This document shows positions 47,302 to 56,248 of a DNA stretch of 64,000 nt, piece by piece; within the stretch, counting starts at the first letter, position 1; the number at the start of each line of letters is the position of its first letter. Location of the stretch: positions 926 to 64,925 of the forward strand of contig JBFWKW010000006.1 in the NCBI GenBank assembly GCA_050252455.1, in the 5' to 3' direction. Below the pieces are notes generated by a model. That model saw nothing but the letters and a program-made list of their open reading frames with translations. It made no database searches and was not told the origin of the DNA. The translations under genes were made by a program, and so were the position numbers. Origin of the DNA: Campylobacterales bacterium. Its GTDB lineage: Bacteria > Campylobacterota > Campylobacteria > Campylobacterales > UBA6016.

Positions 47302-47990
47302 TCGAAATATTTCCGAAGTATATTTTCGCATATATCCAAATCATTGTGGCTATCTATGTCTATGCTTTTATCTGGGCTCATAGAAAATGGAATTGTTTTG
47401 TCCGTAAAAAAACTTTTATTCTTTAGAAATAAATCCGCCTTAACTATGTATATAGCCCCATTTGGCATGTAGGCCCTAGGCAGCGCCTGTCTTCTCATAA
47501 ATGGAGTTTTGTTGTCTACAAGACCTTGTAGGTATCCATTTTTTGACAATGTAAACATCTTATATGGGCTATGCGACGGCTCATAAACACTAATCAGTGA
47601 ATCCGCATCATGAGAAATAAAGTCAGAAATAGCATTATCTATATCAGCGGAATCGCGCAACGGAGATGTTGGCTGCAGCAAAACGATACTATCAAAATTG
47701 GAACCTTTTTTTGACAAATAATCTAGCGCATGAGAAACGGTTGGTTCCGTTGGTGCCTCGTCGGTAGCAAGCTCCGTAGGTCTTTTTATGCATTCTATAC
47801 CGTACTGATTCGCAATCCTAAGTATCTCGTCGCAATCAGATGAAACACATACAGAATCAATACTATTGGAATTCAATGCCGCTTCTATAGTCCATGCAAT
47901 AAGCGGCTTTCCGTGTAGCTGTGATATGTTTTTATTTACAATCCCCTTGGAGCCGCCTCTTGCCGGAATAACAGCTAGAAAGTTTTTCAT
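47298..47990 (-). CDS. neuA: acylneuraminate (nonulosonate) cytidylyltransferase family
   Basis: 230 aa. 'AVIPARGGSKGI.NKN' and 'LQPTSPLR' motifs of CMP-NulO synthetases. Neu vs Leg vs Pse specificity is not resolvable by eye. Confidence 0.85.
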   Translation of the reverse strand: MKNFLAVIPARGGSKGIVNKNISQLHGKPLIAWTIEAALNSNSIDSVCVSSDCDEILRIANQYGIECIKRPTELATDEAPTEPTVSHALDYLSKKGSNFDSIVLLQPTSPLRDSADIDNAISDFISHDADSLISVYEPSHSPYKMFTLSKNGYLQGLVDNKTPFMRRQALPRAYMPNGAIYIVKADLFLKNKSFFTDKTIPFSMSPDKSIDIDSHNDLDICENILRKYFE

Positions 47991-49355
47991 TTATACCGTC
48001 AGGTCGGAACTTAAGCCCGACATACTTCTCAGGTCGTCATACTTAATATCATCGCTCTCAATGGCATCTTTAAAAAATAGTTGGGCCAGCATCTCTTTGC
48101 GCTCCGCTCCGAACTCAGAGAGCGAAAATAACTCCCCGCTAATGCTATATTTTTGGAGAAACTCACCTACTTCATTTGGAACTGTAACCGTGTTTGCCCA
48201 TCTAATATTCACAAGATAAAAGCCATTTTCTTTTCTAAATCTAAGTCTTTTTGGAGCAGTAAATTTTGCATTGTTCTCTATAGCTCTATAAATCATAGGG
48301 TCATGCACTATCTTATACGGACGCACAAAGCTATCCTTGCCTGTCATAAAATTGTCTTGCCCGTTTAAATCACCGCTAAACGCATGCGCAGACATTCGAC
48401 ATCCTGTTTGGCAAATATCTATATAGTCACATCCCATACATCCCGGATATCTATAGCTCATATCATGCCAAGCATGCATCTTTTCATAACACTTATAAAT
48501 ACCGTCTTCAAATATATTTCCGTAAGCCTCTTCTTGATGTACGCATGCATGCGTATTGCCGTCAGCATTAAGACTTAAAATGTGTCCTGATTGAGCGGGG
48601 CATCCGCGACCGACAAAATCCCTGTATTTTTCAAGATCGCTGAGCAGGCACAGCGGATAGCTAACAAGCGTACCAATCATGATGCCTGTTTTCTCTTTCG
48701 CTGCAATAAGTTGGTCTACCGTCGAAAGAGCATCCTCTCTCGTTACTTTGAACTCTGATGCATTGGGATTGCATTCATTAATTGATGGAACCACCCTTGT
48801 GCCAAAAATTTTCTGGCAACCAAGAGAGTGTGCAAATAAAGCGGTATCATAAACATGCATTTTATTTCTTTCCGACACAATCATGTTCACACTAACCCTC
48901 ATATCATTTTTGATACAAGATTCTATACCGCTTACTATTTTATCAAAAGCACCGTCTTGATGTACCATATAATCGTTTGTTGCCCTATCATATGAATTTA
49001 GACTGGTAAGAATATGATCCAACCCGGCATCCCTGAGCCTCCTAATTTTATCATCCGTAGCAAGCATTAGATTGCTGTTGCAACTTATTGATATATTGTT
49101 GTCTACCAATTTTTTAAAGCCATACTCAAGAAGATCAAATCTAGCGAATGGTTCACCGCCTGTTAATACAACATGAAAAACACCGGCATCAACAAATTGC
49201 TCAATAAGCAAATCCATTTTTTCTTTTGTAAGGGAGCTAGACTTAGAACTATCCTCTCTCCAAAAGTTATAGCAATGCCTGCATTTAACATTGCAAACAT
49301 CGGTAATCTCCAAATTAACGACAGTTGGAGCACTAAATATTTTTTTTTCTCTCAC
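47991..49355 (-). CDS. radical SAM / SPASM-domain protein
   Basis: 'NLEITDVCNVKCRHC' CxxxCxxC. The C-terminal 'GCMGCDYIDICQTGC' matches the SPASM CX2CX5CX3C exactly. A GTG at 49355 with an AGAAGG SD 6-7 nt upstream avoids the 85-nt overlap implied by the track ATG at 49451. Confidence 0.8.
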   Translation of the reverse strand: MREKKIFSAPTVVNLEITDVCNVKCRHCYNFWREDSSKSSSLTKEKMDLLIEQFVDAGVFHVVLTGGEPFARFDLLEYGFKKLVDNNISISCNSNLMLATDDKIRRLRDAGLDHILTSLNSYDRATNDYMVHQDGAFDKIVSGIESCIKNDMRVSVNMIVSERNKMHVYDTALFAHSLGCQKIFGTRVVPSINECNPNASEFKVTREDALSTVDQLIAAKEKTGIMIGTLVSYPLCLLSDLEKYRDFVGRGCPAQSGHILSLNADGNTHACVHQEEAYGNIFEDGIYKCYEKMHAWHDMSYRYPGCMGCDYIDICQTGCRMSAHAFSGDLNGQDNFMTGKDSFVRPYKIVHDPMIYRAIENNAKFTAPKRLRFRKENGFYLVNIRWANTVTVPNEVGEFLQKYSISGELFSLSEFGAERKEMLAQLFFKDAIESDDIKYDDLRSMSGLSSDLTV

Positions 49356-49366
49356 GGTAAACCTTC

Positions 49367-50578
49367 TTAAACTATTTGATTTCTCAGTTTCCACATATCG
49401 CCATTTTTTTCCCACAAGTGCGGCGACCTGGCCTTGTTTATAATCTCCCAAAATTTATCTTCAGTAATATCCATATAGTTTAATATTTCACCAAGATATT
49501 TTGTAGGCAATTCGGAATCATATTTTTTAACCAAATAAACCCCTTCTTCTCTTGTTATTTTTCCGTTTCTAATCTCTTGTGCGGCATCATACGTGGCTCT
49601 ACCTATACCAAACTTTATGTATGTTGTATAGTAATGTAAAGGGTCTATTTTGTCGTCGATACTGCTATACTTGGAAAAACTACCCTCTGTCCTCTCCGTA
49701 TTTGACTGAAAGCCTGTATGCTCCGCCGCATAATAATAATTTTCTTGAGGATCCCAATTTAAGTAGTAGCTAATGTGATGAACCTCCGTTCCCACCTTTT
49801 TTAGTTTTTCACCGCTAACCGGCAAATAAGGGTTGAGGTCACTCAATCTTATATTGTGTTCTTCAGATATCTCTCTGGCAGACACTCCGCCCAAAAATAG
49901 GTTATCGATATTTGGTTCTTCTTCATAAAATTTTGGCAACATAGTAGGCCTGAACGCGCCATCCAGGTCATCACCATATTCTGCGGCATGCTCACCATAA
50001 AATACAAGCGGGATTTCATAAAGGGCAGAAAACCTAGCGGCAAGCATTTTTTGCCCTATTATAAACGGCTGAAAAGGGTGGCATAAATTTTCAAAAGCAA
50101 GCTTTGTGAGCAGTCTATGTACTTTTCCATTTGGGGTCACGAGTATATTGTCAAAACCAGAATCTATCCAACTATGAAAATTCCTAAAGCCTATATCGGT
50201 ATACATATGCGGAGACCAAGTCACAGTCAGCGGGTTCATGTTGTATTTAAACTTCAAAATATGAGACACGAAGGCACTATCTTTCCCGCCGCTACCGGGT
50301 ACTATGCAGTCGTAAGAGCCATCGCTTTTTCTATATCTATTGCACAACTCAACAAGTTCTTTTTCTCTCTCTTCCCAATTCATTTTGTTCCGCTTTATCT
50401 CTGCATACTTACAAGCACTACATACACCGTCTTCATCAAAAAAAATAGTTGGCTTTTTGCCGTTTGCCGTATTTTTAAACTCAACGACGGAGCCCGGTCT
50501 TTGATTTGACATAACGCATTTTTTGCAAAATTTTACCTCGCTGGGTAGTCCATAATAAGCGGTTAAATTATTTGTCAT
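49367..50578 (-). CDS. N-acetyl sugar amidotransferase (PP-loop; PseA/flagellin-modification type, TIGR03573-like)
   Basis: 403 aa. N-terminal Zn-ribbon 'CKKCVMSNQRP...CSAC' and PP-loop 'IVPGSGGKDS'. Confidence 0.8.
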   Translation of the reverse strand: MTNNLTAYYGLPSEVKFCKKCVMSNQRPGSVVEFKNTANGKKPTIFFDEDGVCSACKYAEIKRNKMNWEEREKELVELCNRYRKSDGSYDCIVPGSGGKDSAFVSHILKFKYNMNPLTVTWSPHMYTDIGFRNFHSWIDSGFDNILVTPNGKVHRLLTKLAFENLCHPFQPFIIGQKMLAARFSALYEIPLVFYGEHAAEYGDDLDGAFRPTMLPKFYEEEPNIDNLFLGGVSAREISEEHNIRLSDLNPYLPVSGEKLKKVGTEVHHISYYLNWDPQENYYYAAEHTGFQSNTERTEGSFSKYSSIDDKIDPLHYYTTYIKFGIGRATYDAAQEIRNGKITREEGVYLVKKYDSELPTKYLGEILNYMDITEDKFWEIINKARSPHLWEKNGDMWKLRNQIV

Positions 50579-51230
50579 TGCGATTCCTTGTACATATATC
50601 TATAAAGTTTTTGATTATCATGAGCCCATACTTGCCGCTCTTTTCTGGGTGGAACTGGCACCCGTAAATATTATCTTTTTTCACGGCCGAACAGAATGAA
50701 ATCCCAGCATAATTAGTCACCGACAAGATGCTCCTTTTGTCATTCGGAACAGCCGCATAGCTGTGTACAAAATACATATCTTCTTCGTTATTTAAATCAT
50801 TAAATATAGTGTCGCCCCAATCTGCATAAGCAGTCTTCTTGATTCCATTCCAGCCTATATGCGGCAGTTTGCCGTAAAAGTCGACAGGAAAACTATCCAG
50901 CCTGCAAACCCTGCCGTTAATCAACCCGAGTCCATTGGACATGCCAAACTCTTCACTCTCGTCAAAAAGAAGTTGCATACCTAGACATATGCCAAGTATG
51001 GGTCTACCACTGTGTGCAAACTCTATAATCGGCTTTACAAGATTTAAATCTAGCAAATTTTGCATACCATGAGCGAATGCTCCAACCCCGGGGACCACAA
51101 GACCGTCTGCTGTTTCTATCTCATGAGCGTTGCGCGTTAATATCGGAATAGTGCCATTTTTTTCAAACGCACCGTTAATGCTGCGTATATTGCCGACTCC
51201 GTAGTCCAAAACGGCAATTTTGCAACTCAT
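50568..51230 (-). CDS. hisH: glutamine amidotransferase subunit homologue (HisH-like), set 1
   Basis: 220 aa. 'IAVLDYGVGNIRSI', 'GICLGMQ', 'VHSY' and 'FHPEKS' blocks. Confidence 0.88.
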   Translation of the reverse strand: MSCKIAVLDYGVGNIRSINGAFEKNGTIPILTRNAHEIETADGLVVPGVGAFAHGMQNLLDLNLVKPIIEFAHSGRPILGICLGMQLLFDESEEFGMSNGLGLINGRVCRLDSFPVDFYGKLPHIGWNGIKKTAYADWGDTIFNDLNNEEDMYFVHSYAAVPNDKRSILSVTNYAGISFCSAVKKDNIYGCQFHPEKSGKYGLMIIKNFIDICTRNRNDK

Positions 51231-51988
51231 ATCCTTACCCCAACACCAAGCGCTCCAATTCCTGACTTAATCACACCGATTGATTCTATTTCATAATGCA
51301 AGACAGAAGCTAACGCTACGGCGTTTATATTTTTTTGCACAGACAATAACTTCTCTATATCAGACAGGCTACCGGCACCCCCACTAGCTATGACCGGTAT
51401 AGACACGGAGTCACATACGCTAGAGTACAATTCCAAATCAAACCCCTTTTTTGTCCCTTCCATATCGACCGATGTGAGCATAATCTCGCCAGCGCCAAGA
51501 TGCTCTACTTTTTTGGCCCACTCCAGCACATCCAAACCGGTAGGCTCTCTGCCGTTATCTATATATGCTTCCCATTTATCTTTGGATATTTTCTTTGCGA
51601 CTATAGACGAAACTATACACTGGGAGCCGAACACGCGAGATGCCTCCTCTATAAAAGCAGGGTTTTTTACGGCTTGCGTATTTATGGCTACCTTATCGGC
51701 ACCAATGCTCAATGCAAGTTTGATATCTGCTATGCTTCTAATCCCGCCGCCTACGGTGATTGGTACAAATATGTTTTTGCATGCCTTTTCTATAATATCG
51801 CCCAAACTATTTCTATCATAATAGGCCGCCACGGCATCCATAAAAATTATCTCATCTATACCTTGCTCGTAATACCTTAGAGCCATTTCATTTGGATTGC
51901 CGACCTTTCGCAGACCCTCCAAATGTATTCCTTTTATGACATATTCATTTTTAACATCTATTCTTGCAATAACCCTAAATTTGCTCAT
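51227..51988 (-). CDS. hisF: cyclase subunit homologue (HisF-like), set 1
   Basis: 253 aa. 'RVIARIDVK', 'DEIIFMD', 'GGGIRS' and 'GAGEIMLTSVDMEGT' blocks. Confidence 0.88.
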   Translation of the reverse strand: MSKFRVIARIDVKNEYVIKGIHLEGLRKVGNPNEMALRYYEQGIDEIIFMDAVAAYYDRNSLGDIIEKACKNIFVPITVGGGIRSIADIKLALSIGADKVAINTQAVKNPAFIEEASRVFGSQCIVSSIVAKKISKDKWEAYIDNGREPTGLDVLEWAKKVEHLGAGEIMLTSVDMEGTKKGFDLELYSSVCDSVSIPVIASGGAGSLSDIEKLLSVQKNINAVALASVLHYEIESIGVIKSGIGALGVGVRI

Positions 51989-53129
51989 TTGACCCTAGTT
52001 CCATAAACTGCTTTTGATGTTTTATATTCCAAAGATTATCAGTGTTAAGTATTTCAAAAAACATTTTATCGCTATTGCCGTCACCAAAACGCCCTGACAT
52101 ATTTGCAGCGCTACATCCATGTCCGCTATATTTTATAGCTAGCGATATTGAATTTAGAATATCGATCTTCTCATATGATGAATGAAATATAGAGGGAAGT
52201 TTCGCCCTGTTCATTTGTCTGGTTCCTATATCGACCGCAGGAACATCATAATAATGAGCCTCTCTAATACCTGCGCTAGAGTTTCCTATGATGAAATCAG
52301 CATACATCAGAAGAGATAGGAAATATTCAAATCTAATTGACGAGAATATTCTAAATGAAGAATTACCTTCAAGCCTCCTGTATTCCTCCAGTATCTCCAT
52401 GCTGCCAAGGTCATTATTGGGATATATCACTATATATTTTTTTTTACTTTCCAGCAATGCATCTACAAAATTTTTTACATGCTCCCTGATCATTCTATAT
52501 TCCGTAGTAACCGGATGAAACATAGCTATTGCGTAGCTATCAAACTCAAGATCGTAATATCTTTTTACATCATCTATATTGGTCAGCTTCTCCGGATTCA
52601 TTAAGTCTAAGTCTGGCGAGCCTATAACAAATATAGAATTTTGATTCTCACCAAGCTGAATAAGCCTTCTTCTTGCCTCTTCATTGGCCACAAAGTGCAC
52701 ATGCGACAGCTTGCTTACGGCATGCCTAATCAGCTCATCCACAGTACCTGATATTTCTCCGCCCTCTATATGGGCAACAAGCACATTATTAAGGCTTCCG
52801 ACGATGGCGCCGGCCATAGCCTCAACCCTGTCGCCATGCACGACTATAAGGTCTGGTTCTATCTCGCTTATGTATTTTGAAAAACCATCTATCGTCTTTG
52901 CCAATGTTCTATCCATATGCTCAACGATATCGTGGTTTATGAATTGGTATATATTCTTAAAGCCGGACTTGTATATTTCGTCAACAGTTTTGCCATATTT
53001 TGAATTTATATGCATACCCGTGGCAAATATATGCACATCAAAACAGCTGGAAGACTGGGTAATCCTAATCAACGATTTCAGTTTTCCAAAATCAGCCCTA
53101 GTGCCGGTTAAAAATACTATTTTCTTCAT
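51975..53129 (-). CDS. neuC: UDP-N-acetylglucosamine 2-epimerase (hydrolysing), NeuC/LegG type
   Basis: 384 aa. 'FLTGTRADFGKL', 'VHGDR.E' and 'AHIEGGE.SGT.DE..RH..SKLSH.HF' blocks of TIGR03568-type enzymes. Confidence 0.88.
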   Translation of the reverse strand: MKKIVFLTGTRADFGKLKSLIRITQSSSCFDVHIFATGMHINSKYGKTVDEIYKSGFKNIYQFINHDIVEHMDRTLAKTIDGFSKYISEIEPDLIVVHGDRVEAMAGAIVGSLNNVLVAHIEGGEISGTVDELIRHAVSKLSHVHFVANEEARRRLIQLGENQNSIFVIGSPDLDLMNPEKLTNIDDVKRYYDLEFDSYAIAMFHPVTTEYRMIREHVKNFVDALLESKKKYIVIYPNNDLGSMEILEEYRRLEGNSSFRIFSSIRFEYFLSLLMYADFIIGNSSAGIREAHYYDVPAVDIGTRQMNRAKLPSIFHSSYEKIDILNSISLAIKYSGHGCSAANMSGRFGDGNSDKMFFEILNTDNLWNIKHQKQFMELGSNEQI

Positions 53130-53791
53130 TTGACTATATATGCTATAGCATTTGAATATCTAAGTTTTTTTATCTCTATATTATTTCCAAAATAATCATC
53201 TATTGCCTTATTTGCACCGGCAAATGCGCCGTAATCGTCAAAAACAACAACGCCGCCTTTTACTACTTTGTCAAACAAACACTCTATTGACATTTTTGTA
53301 GCCTCATATATATCAACATCGATATGAAGCAATGATATCTTTAGTTGTGGATTTGCGGCTATATATTCAGGGAGTGTTTTTGCTATATCGCCCTTAATAA
53401 TTTCAATATTTTGATTTAGTTTTTGCGTATCAAGTATACAGTTTAACTCTTCTATAGAAATTCCTACGCCACCATTTGTTTCCTCTATGAACTTAAGCCT
53501 GCTTTCTTTGTCGTTTTCAAAATCAGTATCCGGAAACTCTCCAAACATATCAAATGCAATTATCTTTCTACTATATGTATTTTCAAGTAAATCTCTAAAT
53601 TTAATCCATCTAAAAAGCGAGTTTCCCTTGAAAACACCAAGCTCAACTATCTCACCCCTTAATTCTGAGGTCATCTCAAAGAACTTTAAGTGGCTTACAA
53701 ATTTACTAAACCTATTAGTTCCAGCGGTGGCATAAAAGCCGTTTTCATATTCAAATTTTTTATCAATATTGTAAAGCATATCTAACCTCAA
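53126..53791 (-). CDS. TylF/MycF-like class I SAM-dependent methyltransferase
   Basis: 221 aa. 'IVELGVFKGNS' SAM motif and the 'LLHIDVDIYEAT'...'VVFDDY' metal/acid motif typical of macrocin-O-methyltransferase-like proteins. Confidence 0.7.
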   Translation of the reverse strand: MRLDMLYNIDKKFEYENGFYATAGTNRFSKFVSHLKFFEMTSELRGEIVELGVFKGNSLFRWIKFRDLLENTYSRKIIAFDMFGEFPDTDFENDKESRLKFIEETNGGVGISIEELNCILDTQKLNQNIEIIKGDIAKTLPEYIAANPQLKISLLHIDVDIYEATKMSIECLFDKVVKGGVVVFDDYGAFAGANKAIDDYFGNNIEIKKLRYSNAIAYIVK

Positions 53792-55176
53792 GTTTGTCTA
53801 AAACCTCGGAACGAGGAATTTCTATCAACATACAAATCACTTAACTGTCGTAGCATATTTTCGTGCTGTCTTTTAAGATAATTGTCCAAAAGCATTTTAT
53901 TGGCCTCCATTAAAGCCGCATAAAATTCATCATCGCTCATATCCGTAAAATTAACGGATAGTAAATCAGAGTTAGTATGCTTATGTTCGTAAAAATCTTC
54001 TATATCTTTTAACTTCCCGTCCGCAATAGCTTTATAATACAGCGGCGAGCCTGGATATGGCGTGACAGGCCTAATTGTTCTCATCTGTGCGCCGTCGTCA
54101 TATTTAAGAAGAAATTCTACCCCCTTCATTAGGGTTTCTTTTGTTTCGCCTATATTCCCGAATATAATATTAAACCCCGGACTAATTCCTTCCGCCAAAG
54201 TAGCCTCAATTCCCTTTGTTATTTGTTTGGTGTTAAGAGCTTTATTCATATTTTTTAACGCCACGTCATCATAAGACTCTATCCCGTAATTAATAAAAAC
54301 ACATCCTGCTTTTTTCATCAGCTTCAATACTTCCGGCGAAGCATAATTTAATCTACCGTTGCAAAACCATTTGATATTCAATCTTGCTTTGATTATATCT
54401 TCGCACAACTCAATCGTTCTTTGCTTGGAAGACATAAGAAGCTCATCGTTAAACACTATATAGGTAATACCGTAGTTTTTAATTAAAAATTTAATTTCTT
54501 CAATAATAGACTCATTGCTCCTACCCCTAAAGCCCTTGTCCATTCTATAACAAAAGTTGCATGTAAATGTACAACCTCTGCCAGACAATATTGGCATAAC
54601 AAAATCTGTTTTGGAGCATTTAGGCATTCTAATAAGCCTATAGTGATGAACATTGAATTTTTCATATGCAGGCATCTGAATAGAATCCACATCTTCTATC
54701 AGCGGTCTTGCCTCATTAATATGAACTTGCCCGTTTTTTAAATATGCCATCCCTTTGACATTTTCAAAACCAAGTCTATTATCAAGATTGTGGAGCAGTT
54801 CAATTATTGTTCTCTCTCCTTCTCCCATAACAACGGCATCTGCGTTGAGTTTTTTCAAGAAATAACCCGGGTCTGGGCTTGGACCAAAACCGCCTATTAT
54901 AAAAAATGGCCTTTGTCTTGATTCGTTAATTGCATTTGATATTTTAATGGCTTTTCTATATTCGTAGTAACCGCCTATAAAACTTAGACCCACGACATCG
55001 TAATGCTCATTATTAAGAAGCTCCGTGAGATGTTCTTCCGGGTAGTGATGGATATCCTGTTCATATATATCAACCTCATGTCCGCTCGAGATCAATACCG
55101 CCGTTATATATGCCATCCCTTGCGGAAACCATTGCACCAATGACTCGTTATCATATGTTATTAATAAAATTCTCAC
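53788..55176 (-). CDS. cobalamin(B12)-binding-domain radical SAM protein
   Basis: 462 aa. N-terminal Rossmann-like B12-binding region and 'SGRGCTFTCNFC' CxxxCxxC. Confidence 0.82.
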   Translation of the reverse strand: MRILLITYDNESLVQWFPQGMAYITAVLISSGHEVDIYEQDIHHYPEEHLTELLNNEHYDVVGLSFIGGYYEYRKAIKISNAINESRQRPFFIIGGFGPSPDPGYFLKKLNADAVVMGEGERTIIELLHNLDNRLGFENVKGMAYLKNGQVHINEARPLIEDVDSIQMPAYEKFNVHHYRLIRMPKCSKTDFVMPILSGRGCTFTCNFCYRMDKGFRGRSNESIIEEIKFLIKNYGITYIVFNDELLMSSKQRTIELCEDIIKARLNIKWFCNGRLNYASPEVLKLMKKAGCVFINYGIESYDDVALKNMNKALNTKQITKGIEATLAEGISPGFNIIFGNIGETKETLMKGVEFLLKYDDGAQMRTIRPVTPYPGSPLYYKAIADGKLKDIEDFYEHKHTNSDLLSVNFTDMSDDEFYAALMEANKMLLDNYLKRQHENMLRQLSDLYVDRNSSFRGFRQT

Positions 55177-55177
55177 A

Positions 55178-56239
55178 TTACTTCACTATATTGAAATTTT
55201 CTACATCCGCCATTTTAACATGTTGATCTGCCGCTATGTCAATCAAGGCTCTTTTGCCATGCAAATCAAAATAAAACTCTGCGGGTATCTCACCAACACC
55301 TGGTCTTTTTACCCAAGTATTGCTTTCATTAAAAGTCTCCCCTTTTGATATATTACGAGTTGTAACCACCGTAGCAAAAGCAAAGTCCATTGTTACCTGC
55401 TCTTCCGGAAGCAGAGCCTTGGCGCCACCTCTCATTTTTGCAAGCTCTATACTACCGCTTATCAACTCTTTTAGTGCCACAGGATCCATGGAATTGACTA
55501 TATCAGGACCAACTCTATCCATTCTATCTGTAAAATGCCTTTCTAGTATGGACGCCCCAAGTGCAACAGCCCCAAAACATGCAAGATTTGATGTTGTGTG
55601 GTCTGATAAGCCTATAACGGCTTTCGGAAATACCTCTTGCAGCTGAACCATCGCCCCAAGTCTTACCAAATGCGACGGTGTGGGATATAGATTTGTGGTA
55701 TGAAGCAGTGCATACTGTATATTATATTTTTCCATTATTGCAACCGCTTTTGAAACAGAGTCAATAGTATTCATGCCGGTGCTAACTATCATCGGTTTTC
55801 CAAATCTCGCTATGTGCTCTATTAGCGGATAGTTATTGCACTCTCCTGAGCCTATTTTGTATGCCAATACACCCATTTTCTCTAGCCTATCGGCTGCGGC
55901 ACGAGAAAAAGGAGTACTAATAAATACCATTCCGCGAGACTCAACATGCTGTTTTAGCGCAAGCTCGTCTTTTTCGTCAAGAGCACATTTTTGCATTATT
56001 TCATATATAGATATACTAGCATTACCGGGGATTACTTGTTTTGCGGCAGCACTCATTTCGTCTTCCACTACATGTGTCTGATGCTTGATAAACTCGGCTC
56101 CACTTTTCCATGCTGCGTCAACCATTTCTATTGCCGTCTCAAGGGAGCCGTTATGGTTTATGCCCAGTTCTGCAATAACAAGAGGGTCAAAGTCATATCC
56201 TATTTTTCTGCCGGCTATTTCTATAAACTTTTCAGACAA
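55178..56239 (-). CDS. neuB: N-acetylneuraminate synthase family (NeuB/LegI type) with C-terminal SAF domain
   Basis: 353 aa. '[11 protein letters not shown]', 'KHQTH' and 'GLSDHT' blocks, plus a C-terminal SAF/antifreeze-like domain. Confidence 0.9.
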   Translation of the reverse strand: MSEKFIEIAGRKIGYDFDPLVIAELGINHNGSLETAIEMVDAAWKSGAEFIKHQTHVVEDEMSAAAKQVIPGNASISIYEIMQKCALDEKDELALKQHVESRGMVFISTPFSRAAADRLEKMGVLAYKIGSGECNNYPLIEHIARFGKPMIVSTGMNTIDSVSKAVAIMEKYNIQYALLHTTNLYPTPSHLVRLGAMVQLQEVFPKAVIGLSDHTTSNLACFGAVALGASILERHFTDRMDRVGPDIVNSMDPVALKELISGSIELAKMRGGAKALLPEEQVTMDFAFATVVTTRNISKGETFNESNTWVKRPGVGEIPAEFYFDLHGKRALIDIAADQHVKMADVENFNIVK

Positions 56240-56248
56240 ACCATACCC

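Noticed and set aside
47991-49451. SPASM radical SAM as the maturase of a RiPP gene cluster.
   Set aside because: There is no intergenic space or small precursor ORF on either side, and no protease or exporter. Both flanks are sugar-nucleotide enzymes in a translationally coupled operon.
45929-51988. hisH/hisF pairs as histidine-biosynthesis genes.
   Set aside because: There are two copies, and neither is near hisA/hisB/hisD/hisI. Both are embedded next to PP-loop sugar amidotransferase and wbp/neu genes, matching the WbpG-HisH2-HisF2 / WbuXYZ paradigm.
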